The notes under the pieces were generated by a model. The model worked only from the letters and a program-made list of their open reading frames with translations. It was not told where the DNA came from and did not search any database. DNA of 64,000 nucleotides from Octopus sinensis (taxonomy: Eukaryota): the NCBI RefSeq assembly GCF_006345805.1, contig NC_042998.1, forward strand, positions 167,648,001 through 167,712,000, in the 5' to 3' direction. Shown here piece by piece: positions 13,841-29,657 of the stretch (its first letter is position 1; every line of letters begins with the position of its first letter). Made by a program: the position numbers and the translations under genes.

Positions 13841-16800
13841 TTCTAGACAAACGAGTATCCACGTAGCCAGTTATATGTTTATCAAAACTTATGGAGTTTG
13901 TACAATACAACTTTAAAAAATCCAAATTGCTAACCATTTGTGGCATTTAAATCCACTGTGTAATAACACAGCAGTTATATCTGTTTCTCCAAAGTCACTA
14001 ATTTGCAATTTTAAATTATTACAAAGCACCATTAGCATCAGTTCTCATTAGCATCATTAATTCAAGGTTATTAGTTGGGTGCCAAAATTAGCAGGATTTA
14101 ATTTTTATTTCAAATTGCTGGAAGACTCAATTTATTTCTTGCTATTACTTTGAAGATTGTTTTATTTTTTCTGAAAGAAAATTTCAGTTTATGTGCACAC
14201 TGGTCAGCCCTTTAAGGAGTCCCAAGTGGCATGAACTTGTTTGACGACAGAAAAAAAAAGAAAAAAAAAACATAATTGGTGACATTTGATTTTAAATAAA
14301 GTGTTGCAATCGTATTTACAAGTATTTTATGCTTAAAGGGAGTTTTATTTTTTAATGGGAAAAGTATAAATAAATCAAAATAAGAAATTCTATATAAATT
14401 ATCTTCTAAGAATTAACACGTTTTCGTCCAGTTTGCAGAAAGTTGTTTTTTCTGACCTAAAACTTAAATATACCATAAAAGTAAACATTTACATCGACTT
14501 GAAATGACTGGTTGCGCAGTTTGTATACTGATGACATTTATTTTCTTTTCGTTTATAATGACTGAGCAAAACAGTATGTTATGCTAAAAGAATACCAATT
14601 AAAAACTCGTCTGTTCACTTGACGATCCGGTTGCTTAATACAAAGATATCGTAAGCCTCTATAATGAGTTTAAAGAATTTTGTGCAGCTTTCTGTCTTAA
14701 TGTAGAATTGCCAGATGACCAATCTTGGAACCAAATATTACGTCATTTTTACAAGGTGTCAGTATTTGGACAATCGAAAAAGAAAGATAACTTTACGTTA
14801 AAGGAAATTGCACTGATATCGTACACCCAGTACTTTATAACAATAAAATATTTGTAAATACCAGCACAGATCTCCATTTGAAAGCAAATGCCACCAAGTC
14901 AAGCTCTCAGGTCAAACTTTAGAGCTGTTCGCTAGTGTCATTTCTCTTTTGAACTTTCCAACTCGTCCCCACATGCCCCCTATTGAACTGATACTTGTTC
15001 TCTTGGGCTGAATCTGTAATTTAGGTAATATGATTTTATAAAGTAAACTTTTACATTAATATGAAATGATTATTTACTGAAGCACGCAACTATACTAAAT
15101 AATTGCAACTCATGCATGATGAAACAAAATGGAGAATTTCCCTTCATAATAAATATTTCCTGAAAGATAATATTTTTAAAACACAAAGCTATAATATTTG
15201 AGAGAAGTTAATTTAATATTAAAGTCTGCTATATTTGATGAAAAGAAACATTTATTACTTAGTCTAAAAATGATCTCAAATTTTGGTACAAAGATAGCAC
15301 TTTTGGGAGGAGGGATAAGTCGATTAGATCGCCCCCTCAGCTCAACTGGTACTTATCTATTGATCCCAAAAGGATAAAAGGCAAAGTCAGAACGTAAAGA
15401 TGAACGAAATATCGCTAAGTGTTTTTCCCGGCGTGATAACGATTATGCCAGCTCACCGCTTTTGGTTTCAAAGCTTTACATAAGGCCAGCTATTTCGGGG
15501 AAGGGGTAAGTCGATTACATCGGCCCCAGTGCTCAACTGGTACTTATTTTATCGACCCCGAAAAGATGACAGTTAAAGTGAACTTCGGCGGAATTTGAAC
15601 ACAAAGCATACGGACGAACGAAATGCTGCTAAGCATTTTGCCTGATGTGCTAACGATTCTACGAATCTCGGCGCCTTAACCTAGTTTATAATAAAAAGTT
15701 GAAAATTAGGTCATGTCTAACTTATTAAATATTTGAATCCCGAGCTTTCAATTAATTACTTTCATGATAAAGATTTGGTTTATCGCAAAAAGTCAGGGCA
15801 GTATTATCTAATTAAATTCCAGATTTATTTTCGATAATTAGAAAAATACTGCAGAAGTGATGAATGAGGTATTTATCTAAATAAACAAATACCGAATTGA
15901 TAAACCGTAAGATTTCAAGAACATTTTTTTACCGCGTTGTGTCTTTAAAAAAAATCTGACGAGGGATATTAGAGAAACCGTTATGTAGTATTACAGCTTG
16001 ATAGACATAATTTCCTTTCCAATTTGACAGAAAGATAAATTTACACATTGTCGAAAGACAACTTGATAACTGTAATAAGACACGAACCTACAATCTGAGA
16101 AAAGATAGAAATTATTCGACCATTACACACACACACACATACCCACACACACAATGTATACATTCATACATACATACACACACATATATATGTGTGTATA
16201 TATATATATTCTGTACATTCTTATAAGATTAAGCTTGGGAGTGTTCATTGTATATTGGCTATAGAAAAGTGTCTAATATTGGGGTATATAAGTCCTCGAC
16301 GGATAAAAATGATTATTAGCACGCTTGTCATCACACACACACACACACAACAGTCGCCTATAACATATATTACGACAGTTTATTTAATATTGTGTGATGT
16401 TAGCTCACGATCACCGTTAGCTGTGGTGATAGAAAATATCTTCAGTAATTGGATGGTGCGTCTGGGAGCGAAAATATCAATACGTTGAATTTACTAAGAA
16501 GAATTTAAAACAGCAACAACATCAAAAAAATACATACAAGCAAACTAAACCCGAAAGAAGACGCTTACATAGGTCAAATATATGCTTTATCTTATGATGT
16601 TTTGGCCAGAAAATCACAAATGTCGCCAACAAGCAATTAAGCCTTGATAATTATGTCAAAAACAGTAATTTTGAAAGGTGAAGCTGTTTGTTAAGTTATG
16701 TCAAGAAATGGCAGCACGACACAATTTTTGAACCTTTCCTTTTTTTGTTAAAAAAAATATAAGAACAAAATCAAAACCAAACATAAGTTAAACTGTAAGG

Positions 16801-17021
16801 TTGTTTAAATATTGGTGTTTAGGGTGTTTAAACAGAGAAATGTAACTCTCTAGTACATCGTTGAAAATGTCAAAATTAAACGTACGTCCCTATTCACAAT
16901 ATACACATTTATACATATACATATATGTAAATGGCTATATACTTCTACACACATACTTATACATGTATGCATGTATATACGCATTCATACACAGACACAA
17001 ATACGCACACACACACACACG

Positions 17022-17116
<95 letters not shown>

Positions 17117-17590
17117 GAACTGGAATTTTAATTCAGTAGTGTAAGTATATATAAAAAAACGTACAACTTGATAGTCAAGAAATATAAGAGGTATGTGTGT
17201 ATGTATGTGCGCGCGTGCGTTTAAAGTGAACACCTATGTTTTAATATGCTTATGAATGGGTGTATACGTGCAGATTCATATGTGCGTGCATGTATGTCTA
17301 TATTTACAAGCGAGTTTAACACACACACACACACACACACAGATGCGCGCTCACATTCAATCGCTCGGGCATGCACGCAAGAGCGTCAACAGACGAAAGA
17401 AAGTAGCGCTTAACACGTTTAACTGGAGTTTTATGTATTTAATAATAGTTTGATCAAGTTCTACATTATCTGGATTTTCGTTGGTTATAGAACATGTCCA
17501 TTTCATCAGTTATTCTGTGACGGGACATCTGAAGGGGTAGACATGTTCGGTCACGAAAATTCATGTGACGTGGAACTGAATCAAACTACC

Positions 17591-17680
<90 letters not shown>

Positions 17681-17914
17681 CGCGCGCGCGTGTGTGTGTG
17701 CGCGCGCGTGTATGTGTGTGTGTGTGTGTGCGCGCGTACGAGTGAGTGGGCAGTCGACAAAAAGTGCACTTAACACATTTAGTAGGAGTTACGTGTATCA
17801 TTTAAAACAGATTAATTCAGTTTCATGCGATTTAGGAATGAGCAGACAACATGGAACCGAATCAAACTGTTTTAAATAACACACACACACACATACAGAC
17901 ACATGAATGGCTTA

Positions 17915-18228
17915 TCTCCGTGATGGCCGTGACCGACCAGACTATCAGATGTTGCTACACATCGTTGGTCACAATGCGCTTCGCATTGTTTTAGCCTTCA
18001 AATGACGTCACCCCGCTGGCTAAGCGAGCAGGCCAACAGAAGAAAGAGTGAGAGAAAGTTGTGGCGAAAGGCTACAGCAGGGATCGCCACCACCCCCTGC
18101 CGGAGCCTCGTGGAGCTTTAGGTGTTTTCGCTCAATAAACACTTACAACGCCCGGCGTGGGAATCGAAACCGCGATCCTACAACCACGAATCCGCTGCCC
18201 TAACCACTGGGCCATCACGCCTCCACAT
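17915..18228 (-). mobile_element. Third tRNA-derived SINE family
   Basis: Head GGAGGCGTGATGGCCCAGTGGTTAGGGCAGCGG..GGTTTCGATTCCC. Related copies at 325-597 (+) and about 2265-2708 (-, different 3' part). Confidence 0.75.
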
Positions 18229-18682
18229 GAATGAGTTATAATGATGCATAGAACCTAGGTACGTCAACACATAAGATGCCAGAAATTGCTTGACACGATA
18301 ACAGAGTTCACAGTAAACAACAATGAAGTTATCACGTGTTGGTAAGAAACTGAAGATATCTAAGTATCAAATGGAATTTATACCCTAGATCCAACTCAGG
18401 GGTGGTTCCAAGTGTGACTTAGTTATAAAAAGAGAACATAAATGGCATTTAAAAATTATGACAGCTGTTTCGGTAGAATTTTATTGATGTAGTCATAAAT
18501 CGCATCAAACATATAAGCTACCATACTCAGGTAAAATTTTAAACTGGTAAGATGTCAAACAGGTAAGATTTCATTCATCGATCATGACGAATCCAAGATG
18601 GTGAATTATATATTATGATATCGTCTATGAATACATCAATGAAATTCTACCGAAACAGATGCCGTAAATTATGTATATCAGT

Positions 18683-18735
<53 letters not shown>

Positions 18736-19280
18736 TTATTTATTTATTTATTTATATCTTTATGACAAAATATCGACCAATGAAGGATGTTTTTTTTTAA
18801 TGTAGAGTTTTGTGGTTTGTGTGTTTATTTGTGTTTTCAGTCGTCCATTTGCATCCAGTCCACTACTAGTTACCTCTCTAAATTTGTCATAATTGGTGTT
18901 GTTGTTGTTCTTCAGCCTCAGATAAAGCCCTGATCGAAAATGCCCATCATTGAGGACGTCCCAGTCGAGTCTATTCTATTTTTCTTATCACTTATGATAT
19001 AAAAAGGAATAAGTTATACAATATTTTCTTCCCTTTGTAAGATGGTATGGTTTGATTTGAAAGAGAATTGACTGCGATTTGTTGCAGGCCGAGCGTCTGC
19101 ATAGACGCTTCGTGTTGAGTTGATGACTCTTGCTGTCTTGATCACCTAATGAGTTAGGGAAGAGAAAGAGAGAAAGAAAGGGAGAGAAAAGGAGAGAGAG
19201 AGGGAGGGAGAGAGACACTGAGGAAAGAAAGAGAAGGGAGAAGGGGGAGTGTCAGATTGCTATTGTAGTCAATTTCGCTA

Positions 19281-20136
19281 TATGAGACCTGTAAATAAAG
19301 CAATGGGACTAGTCCCATAGCTTTTGATCTGACAATACTGCTGGGTTTCCCTTCACAGTGTTGCCACCTAGATCCAAACAGCAACCACGTGATGTTAACA
19401 GGTGAACTGTGAGTGCACGTTTTGCGAAGTGATTTTGTTCTGTGTGTCCTGAAAATGAGCAAGGACAGTTACGAGCAAGTTTTGTTTCAAACTCGGACAC
19501 AATGCCACTGAAACTTGTGCCAAACTTCAACAGGCTTACGGAGAGACTGCTTTATCAAGCGTGTATGTTTTCAGATGGTTCAAAACCTTTTTAAAAGGCT
19601 GAGAAATCGTTGAAGATGACCGTCGGTCAGAAAAGCAATCGATTTAAGAAATGAAATGACGAAAATGTGGAACGAATCAAAGGCCTTGTGTAATTTAACC
19701 GCCAGTTAACTGTCAAATTGATTAGAGAGGAGTTGTACTTGGATGACACTACCTTTTATCAAATTTTGACCAACGAATTGGGAATGGGGGAAATGTTGTA
19801 GTTTGTGGAAGGGAAAGCATCTCTATTGTCACTCAGACCCCATATTCGCCTGACCTGATTTTGTGTGCCTTCTTTCTCTTCCCGATATTGAAAATTCACT
19901 TAAAAGGACATCTTTTTGGCACGTTGGAAAACATGAAAAAAAGGCTGTAACCAACCAACTTAAGGCCATTCTGGTTTCTGAGTTCCAGTACTGCTGTGGA
20001 GAGTGAAAACAACGTCCTGGGCGCTGTGTGATTTCCCAAGGGAGCTATTTTGAAGGCGACAGAGTTGATTTGTTGTTTAATTATAAATAAAAGAGTTCAC
20101 TGAAAATTTCTCATTACTTTATTTACAGACTTCATG
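19281..20136 (+). mobile_element. Internally deleted mariner (irritans-like)
   Basis: TIRs tatgagacctgtaaataaagcaatg and cattactttatttacagacttcatg. Protein pieces FCFKLG..QAYGETALS..FRWF..LGM joined to PYSPDL..FFLFP.LK..LKG..SYFEGD; the catalytic core is missing. Confidence 0.8.
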
Positions 20137-20814
20137 CGTCTACATGGGCATATACTTTTAAATATTATACCTATCATGTGTATAATGTACTTTAGCATTT
20201 AATTCACCTTCAGTAGACTTGCTTTGAGGAATAGACGAAATTTTCAGTCGTCTCCTCACATTCCAGATGTCTGTGGGACCTAAAAACCCAACTTACATGC
20301 ATGTACTCTCACGCATTTTTACACACATGGATTTATTCAAAGAAATATAATCATAGATTTCTAGCGGGGAAAGAGACGGATTATCAAAAATTCATATCTT
20401 TATCAACATACTACGAGATAAGAGAAATAGGTTGCAGCGAGGAACCGAATCGAGAGACCACAGACACAATACCCCGAGGACTTACTGTGGTGCCATGTTT
20501 CTTGTGAGATATTTTGGACCAATATATATATGTATGAAAAGTATCATTAAAAATAAATTGTTATTATTATTATCATTATTCAGACGAAGGCGGCGAGCTG
20601 TCACAATCATTAGCATACAATTCAAAATGTTTAGCGGCATGTCGTTGGTTTTTACGTTCTGAGTTCAAATTCCACCGAGGTCAACATTGCTTTTCATCCT
20701 TTCGGGTTCGATAAAATAAGTACCAGTTGATCACTGGGATCGATACAATCGGTTTACCCACCTCCCCCGAAATTTCAGGCCTTGTGCCAAAATTATTATT
20801 ATTGTTGTTGTTGT

Positions 20815-21040
20815 TTTCTCTTTATCACAGCTTTTGTTGGAACTCCTGGAATCTTGAATGCGTAGCAGGCCTACTACCTGCAGCTTACAGTACCATGCTA
20901 TTCGTTCTTTTCAGCTATCTAATGTTTTCTTCATTATTCTGGCTCTGCCAAGGAGGCAAACCTTTTGTAACAGTTCTACTGGGCACTCTATTTCAATTTC
21001 ATTTATAATCCTCTTGATGCCTTCTGATACTGTTCCCGAG
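20815..21040 (-). mobile_element. Severely 5'-truncated R4/Dong 3' end
   Basis: Encodes LGTVSEGIKRIINEIEIECPVELLQKVCLLGRARIMKKTLDS*, homologous to the C-terminus at 58923. (ATT)n tracts flank both sides. Confidence 0.7.
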
Positions 21041-21051
21041 TATTATTATTA

Positions 21052-21118
<67 letters not shown>

Positions 21119-21192
21119 TCTAAAGAATAAAATGTTTTGAATGACACAACAATGCACTATAATAACTGTTGTAATTCAATCATCCATAGTCT

Positions 21193-21232
21193 GATATGAT
21201 ATTTCGGAATAAAAATTCCTTCTTCAGATATC
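21193..21232 (-). ncRNA. Minimal type-I hammerhead ribozyme, canonical core (family 3)
   Basis: Reads GAUAU-CUGAAGA-A-GGAAU(UUUU)AUUCC-GAAA-UA-UC/AUAUC. Helices I and II are perfect 5-bp stems, helix III is the palindrome AUAU, the triplet is AUC, and there is an extra A between A9 and G10.1. Confidence 0.8.
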
Positions 21233-21326
21233 CCTAAAAATTGATGAAGTCGCTGCTATAGTCGGTTTTCCAACGGCTTTTCAATTATTATTATTATTAC
21301 TATAATTATCATCATCATCATCATCA

Positions 21327-21385
<59 letters not shown>

Positions 21386-21966
21386 GAGTGAGAGAGCAAT
21401 GCATGCCATCAAAGTGACACTGGGGTAAAATATACGAAGCCCAGTATACCCATCATGACTACCCGTCTGATAAGGGTACACGAGGAACATGCATCACACA
21501 CATCTGTGTGCGACATGGTGATCTCATATCAAGATAAACAGCACATGACCTCCATTATTTAAATGGAGAGAGGAAGGGTAGCCTCCAGGATTTTTGCCTG
21601 TTTTGTTTACTTACTTATGTTCAGTTAGCTTTATAAAACATGGGGAATCGGAAAGTTCGAGAGGGAAGCAAGCGGGGTAAGAAGGATTGTGTAAGGTATT
21701 TTGTAGTAGTGAAACAATGTAAAGATGGTTAGCAGCTGAACGTTCTGCGCACCAGTTGGGCTTCGACAGCTTACTAGTTCACAGAATCAGAAGTCATTTT
21801 AGTAGCGGTGTATATATAATTCAGAAGTAGTGAGAATAAATAGTGAGTTTTAGATTAGTAGCTGTAGTGTGTAGGGACCGAGTGAAAACTTGTCAACCAG
21901 CTGGACAACCTCTTTTTGGTTACAATCTAAGATATTTATAAATGTAACTGCAATGCCGTCCCATGC

Positions 21967-22037
<71 letters not shown>

Positions 22038-23388
22038 CTCTGCAATACCGTCCCAGGGATAGAGACATATATAATTCTCTGTGAAAAATCATTTGAGAGT
22101 ATAAAAGTTTTAGCAACATTGAGTTTTAGTTAGTTATTCATGGTAATAACTATGTTTGAATGTTTTTCAATTTCCAAGATTCAATTATCCATTGGAAGAC
22201 ATGAGATGACAGAACAGTATCTGAGGCAGGAATAAATATTTTAAGAGGAATAACAACTCATGCCTTCATTATATCTTTTCTATGGCGGAGCTGGAGGCAT
22301 ATGTCAGTGGTTGAGGATATTTAATCAGGAAAATTGACAAGATGGCATATGATGTCAACCATGTGGTTTAGATCAATGCTTTCTGTTTGACTTCAATTTG
22401 ATTCCTTACGTAGACTTAAATCCACCAATATATAATTCTGAGGTATAACATTGAAATGGTGAGACATTCACAACTTTCACAGGTGTGTTTATGGCGTAAA
22501 TGGACTGAATTGTTTTCCATTAATGATTAAAACAGGCTCTTTCACTCAGCTTTGTTGCAGCATAGTTAGTGTTCCGCGGTGTTTACACCATGTTTAGTAT
22601 TAAATAACTGTAGCCGAAAAGTTTCAAAAATTCCGATTTGAGATATTCTTATAAAGAAATGTATACCACATCTGGAAAGTATTTCTTTCTTTGTGCTGAA
22701 GTTTTATGACATAAAGCTGTCTACTTATCAAAGGAATTTTAAACGTATTTAGCGGATCGTATTGTTGGCTGAAAAAAGAAAAGAAAAAAAAAGCCTCGAT
22801 GTTCACTCCCATCTTACCCATTTTCTTAAAATTCTCCACAGGCTGTTTGTTTAATTATCTTATTATTCATTATTCTTGTTTTCTGATTAATTCCGTTTCC
22901 AATCTATACAAATTATTCTAAAAGATTATAAAATTCCTTCTTCAATCACTACAATTAATTGTACAAGATTATATTAATGAAGTTGAATTGAAAATGTTCG
23001 TTTCTTCTTACTAGACACAAAGGTCTTTAAATTCAGGTCAGAGGAAAGAGAAAATCACGCCGTTCATGCAAACCATGCCGCTAATATTGACTTCAGAAGA
23101 GATGTGAAATGACTTCAAACGGGTATAAAATCTTGAGCTCGGAGGTAGTTGATCTAACAGATGGTTCCCATTTAATTTACTATACTACTGTTAAATCGAA
23201 AATATAATTCTATTCGAGGAAAAAGGTTCTGAAGTTCATATAACTGTTTTTAAAAAAGCAAACAAGAAAATTTCAAACGAGAATTGAAAAGCTATTTTTC
23301 TACCACACACTTTCTACTGCAACCACCCCCAATAGATACGCACACACACATAAACATATGCTCGTGTATACATACATAGATACATACA

Positions 23389-23420
<32 letters not shown>

Positions 23421-23610
23421 CACACATACGCGCGCACACACACATACACACACACATGTCTTTACTAATCTAAATGATATTGTTAGCCTGGTGTGCAAAT
23501 AGACTTTATAAAGTATTTTGCCTGGATTGATAATCCCTTAGCAATAACTTCACACACACACACACACACATATACACACATACACACACACATACACACA
23601 CACACACAAG

Positions 23611-23830
23611 GAACAGTACAAAACTGGGCGAATACACTGGTAAATTATAATTGAAGCCTTCAGAATGTAATATTAAATGGAAACTCCTGGAAAGGTCCAG
23701 ACTTTACCAAATCAAAGGTGTGATCTATGTGCAGATGATGCAAAAAGAATAGGAAAGGCCCTCAAAAAGAAAACGCCTTCTTAAACAAGATCAGAGATAT
23801 TCAGGAAAAGCAGGCACGTTGACAAGCACA
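23611..23830 (+). pseudogene. C-terminal fragment of another Penelope-type GIY-YIG endonuclease
   Basis: With frameshifts it reads TKLGEY..NIKWKLLERSRLY..CDLCAD..LNKIRDI..HVDKH, matching the T.LS.Y.W / W.IL..A..Y / C.LC / LNKR.E..C.H pattern. Confidence 0.55.
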
Positions 23831-23975
23831 TATTACACAACGAGAAAACATTGTCTTCACCCTTCTAGAATCATAAGTATGCCGAAGTTCTTATTTTTTC
23901 AACTCGGATTTGTTTATAGATGTATTCGGGTTTACATGTGTATAGACACACCACATACACACAAACATAAACACG

Positions 23976-24024
<49 letters not shown>

Positions 24025-26826
24025 GTATGCATATATGTGTTTGTTAAAATATGTAACCGTTTACATTTTTCATTATACGCTTTTGTATACATGCTTATCA
24101 ATGCTTCTTTATGTTTATTATTCGCTCGTTCTTGTTTCACAAATCTTACAATACCTACATTTATATAACAGCAGATAATGTTAGCCATGTATACAAATAT
24201 CGTAGTAAAATTAAAGATTTTCAGATTTTTTCAGATTTTTCCATTAGATTCAATATGAAAAATTGTACGACTTAAAAGTTACTTCTCAAAAAGCAACAGA
24301 AATCTTGTTTCTTATACAGAGAAAGAGTTTAGTGAACGATGAATGACGTCAAGAAATAGTTGTTGCAACAAGTGTTCATCCAAAATAAATAAAGCCAAGT
24401 GCGACCTATATATTGGTTTCTAATTTTTGACACATGACCAGAAATTTTGGGGAGAAAATAAGTCAATTACATCGACCCCATTGTTCAACTGATACTTATC
24501 TTGTCGACCCCGAATGGAAGAAAGGCAACGTCAGCCTCGACGGAATTTGAAACCAGAATGTAAAGACGGACGAAATACCGCTAAACATTTTGCTCGGCAT
24601 ACTAACGATTCTGTCAGCTTGCCGCCTTAAATGCGACTTATATATTAAGAGCTTCGTAAGATTTGCTTTAGGTAGTAGAAATTCCTCATTTTATCGATAT
24701 ATTCAAATTAATAGAAACATGATTGAAATTTCTTTGTTGAAAGTTAAAATAAGGATTGGGAGTATTAAACAACTTCATTTTGTGAAGAACTAAAATTGCT
24801 TTTTAAAAGAATTCTGCATTTCTCGTTTTAGAAGCATGTCAATAATGCTTTTTGTATTGTCACTCGACCAGTCATTCGACCACTGAACTGACAAAAATAT
24901 AGACACTCGAAGGTTGGCCTCGACGATATTTGAACTTGAAAACTAGACGGATGAAACTGTATTCATACATGAGATACAATGTTAAATCCACTTAATACCT
25001 AAATTAATAAATTTGAACTCTCAGAACTGATGACACTCTCCAGACAAAGCTGAAAATAGATATGTCGCTAAGATGAAGATATCTGATATAATACAGGTTC
25101 TAGATAACTTGTTCTGCCAATATCTTGTCAATTTCTTTGAATGGCTTTATCTCTTTCAGCGAATATATTTTGACATCCAAGATTTCCTGTGAGCGAATCG
25201 TGTGAGGGCAGTTTCACATCTGAATTGTTTGTCCCGCTTCCAGTTAGGAACAGACACTGACCTATATGATACGATAGTATCAAAGCAATGGGGGAAAAAC
25301 GCTTTTAGAGAAAAACATGAGACATTCTTATTGTTCTTATATGTAAATACAACATACCACTCTTTCACTTTCAGCTTGATTGTCGCTTTCACTTTTAAGT
25401 GTTTATCTCATGGCAACATACATTTTAATCTATGGCTAAAGTATCAGGTATATTGTGACATTCATATTTCCAAAAATAAAACAGGCATGGCATATTGCAC
25501 TAAAATAAAAAGCTAATTCTTTTTCTGACCGAAAATTGTTATATGTTTACAATTGAATTGACATCAAAATAAAACTTTCATTCTATTTCGTTCCAAAAAT
25601 CATTTTCAATTTCTCATATTTAGCTGTTTAGAACTTATCATCTGTATTCTGATTCATTACTAAGGTTTGAAAATCCTTTTTGAGATGATGAAAATTTCAG
25701 CTGGTAACTTTGTTTCTATTGACGTTAAATGAAATAACGTTTTCAAATTTTGGCATGGGACCAGCAATTTCGGGAAAGGGGAAAGTCGATTACAACTGGT
25801 TCTTATTTTATCGACACCGGAAGGTTGAATGGTGAAGATGACTTTGGTAGAAATTGAACTCAGAATGTAAAAACGGACGAAACGTCGCTAAGAATTTTGC
25901 TCAGTGTTCTAACGATTTTACCAGCTCCCCGCCCTGAGGTTAAACGAAATAACATTCCATACTTACTACATATTTTCTGATCGAGAAGGTGTGTGGCTTA
26001 GTGATTGAAATATTCGAGTTACGTTCGTGAATTCGATACGCATTGTGTCCGTGAGCAAGACAATTTATTTCACGTTGCTTGAGTGGTCTCTGGGGACTGG
26101 CATACCAAAAAATAAACCCAACATTTTCTCTGTGTGTTATTTTCGTTTTTCTTTACCTCGCTGACATTATTCACTCTCACCACCTGTGACACTCAAAAAG
26201 AATGTTAAGTCTTCCACATATTTATAACATCATTTGTACAACATTGAATAACACAGCTGACTTTATAAACATAAACACGTTTTTTTACAATACATTCATG
26301 CGAACTTTGCATTTATTAACGTTGTAATTCGAAGCATCTACTGTCTACTTCAATGTTGTACTTCATCAACCTATGGAAGAATATATATTGTTTAATTTCT
26401 TTGCATTATAGTATCACTACACCAGTAAAGACCTACACTTCTTGCAGTCGGAAGGAAATAAAGGATTACTAGTATACTTAATTTATCGTTATCTCTACGC
26501 ATCGATATTCGTGTTTTACACATCAAAAGTTGGGGTTGTAATTTCCATTTGCAAATATTCACTGGGTTAAAAAAAAGAACTAACAAACGGATGATCGGTT
26601 TTGCAAAAGGAAAGAATATTGAGTTAATATAGTCACACCTTTTCATAAATGCACAAACCTAGGCATGTGATGTTAAGAAATTTGCTTCGCAATCACGGTG
26701 CCCAGATTTGCTTCCAGTGCGCAGTTACGAAGAAAAGTGCCTTAGTTTGTAACTTTGGTTTAACCAATGCGCTGCGAGTAGAATCTAGTACGTGGGAATT
26801 GTGCGAAGCCCAACCAGTACACACAC

Positions 26827-27703
<877 letters not shown>

Positions 27704-28091
27704 GAGCCCATGGCTCTTAGGAGCCTCGTTCGATTTATTTTGCTCCGCCTCTGTTCTGTTTTTGTTTTTTCCAACGGATTTCCTATTTCTTCCTGAAGAG
27801 AAAGACACAATATGGTCTCATTATTCAATCGGAATTTGGTAAATTGTGCCTTTCGAAACACGTGTAGAATGAAATAAAACGATTTCTGTTCAATCTTCGT
27901 TCAACTCCATTTCTTCAATTCACTAATAATATTAAAATTCAATGATCCGCACCAACGCACGGTTGCAACACCATATGGTTGTACCTCCAACCGTGCTGTC
28001 TTCTGCTGTGATTTTTGCTACCAAGGTATCGGTTAAACTTTTGATTAATCTGCAACAAGATTATTCATCTTTCTATTTCACATAATATATG

Positions 28092-28136
<45 letters not shown>

Positions 28137-28175
28137 TTGTATATATATATATGTGTGTATATATATATATATTTG

Positions 28176-28215
<40 letters not shown>

Positions 28216-28400
28216 ATACATATATATATATACATATATATTATATACATATATATATATACATATATATATATATACATATATATATACATATATATAT
28301 ATACACATATATATATATATATACACATATATATATATTACATATATATATATATACATATATATTATATACATATATATATATATACATATATACACAC

Positions 28401-28497
<97 letters not shown>

Positions 28498-29546
28498 TAT
28501 ATATGCGTGTGTGTAAGTGTGACTTGGTTGATGTTTTCTGGTGTACACCGGTGTTAAAATGTTTTCCCTTTACGTCAAATATGTAAATTAATGATTTGAT
28601 GAATTAAATGAATAAACGATGATAAAATATAGACCAGACTGAAATGAATACTGCGTCTCGGTATGATGGAGTAAAAACTCTTGAAGTCTGTGTTTGACCA
28701 TGATGAAGTTCAGTAATAGAAACCGTTTAAAGAATTTATCATGTTAATAATGGGTAGATGAAGAGAAAAATGAAAGCTGATAATGATACCAGTAAAAAAA
28801 GATTTTACATAGCAAATACAGATGTTGGATCAGACATTTTATATTTGGAAGAGGCTCAATAATGCTATCAATTTTAAGGTCAAACAAATCTGCAAATAAG
28901 TCTTTGTGACAACCATAACTTTTCACCAGCATTAACAATGTGAAAGAAGTTGAATTAGCCCAACAAGAAATAGAAATTGCGAAACAGTTTTGTTCTACGA
29001 TGCTTGTTACTTAACTTTTAATCTTTACACATTGAAAAAATGTAAATTTTGTAAATGCTATACTCAGGAAAATGTATAGCTCTTGGATAAGTTTACGGCG
29101 GGCTACAAAAAGGAACGAAAGACGCTAAAATTGTGCTATCAGAAACAAATTACATTCACTTTTGATAAATATTTCGATTCCATCTACAAGTATGAGGAAA
29201 TAACTTCGATAAACAAGCTTATTTAACAAACCCAGCGAAGCATAGACTTTATTGTACTTACCAGTTTTGTAGAAAGTCTAATAATAACTAAACCTGTTCT
29301 GAGCAGTCTCCCATGCGTGTAGATAAAATTAGTATATTTAGTCAATGGCTTTTACTTATTCCCACCGGCATAGCTTTTAGCTTTTTTTAAATTTCTATAA
29401 TAGTTTTACGGAGATGTACTCGCATAGCAAGTGATTTGATCTGAGATCGTGTGCTGAAACGAAAACAATTGCAGCGTGGAAGGTGTTTGTAAGCCATTTA
29501 AGAAACACACAAAAGCCGTTCGATTCACTTCAACATTTAAGTTTAA

Positions 29547-29596
29547 TTTGTCAAAATATTTTCGTCGCTAAAATCCGCGACCTGTTCACTGACAAA
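29547..29596 (-). ncRNA. Minimal type-I hammerhead-like motif, G3-C8 core variant (family 2)
   Basis: Reads UUUGUCA-GUGAACA-G-GUCGC(GGAUUUUA)GCGAC-GAAA-AUAU-UU/UGACAAA. Helix I is 7 bp, helix II 5 bp, helix III is the palindrome AAUAUU, and there is one extra nucleotide after A9. Confidence 0.65.
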
Positions 29597-29607
29597 AAGC
29601 ACGGATT

Positions 29608-29657
29608 TTTGTCAGTGAACAGGTAGCAGATTTTAGCGACGAAAATATTTTGACAAA
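29608..29657 (+). ncRNA. Inverted second copy of the family-2 hammerhead-like motif
   Basis: Same layout on the + strand, with a mismatch in helix II (GUAGC/GCGAC). Confidence 0.55.

Noticed and set aside
15955-15990. CTGACGA-GGGATATTAGA-GAAA-CCG-TT hammerhead-like motif
   Set aside because: Helix II does not pair and no helix I was found; at most a dead relic.
23845-23895. Possible decayed hammerhead after the GIY-YIG fragment (CATA-AG-TATG hairpin)
   Set aside because: The core (CTAGAAT) and GAAA (CGAAG) are both too degenerate.
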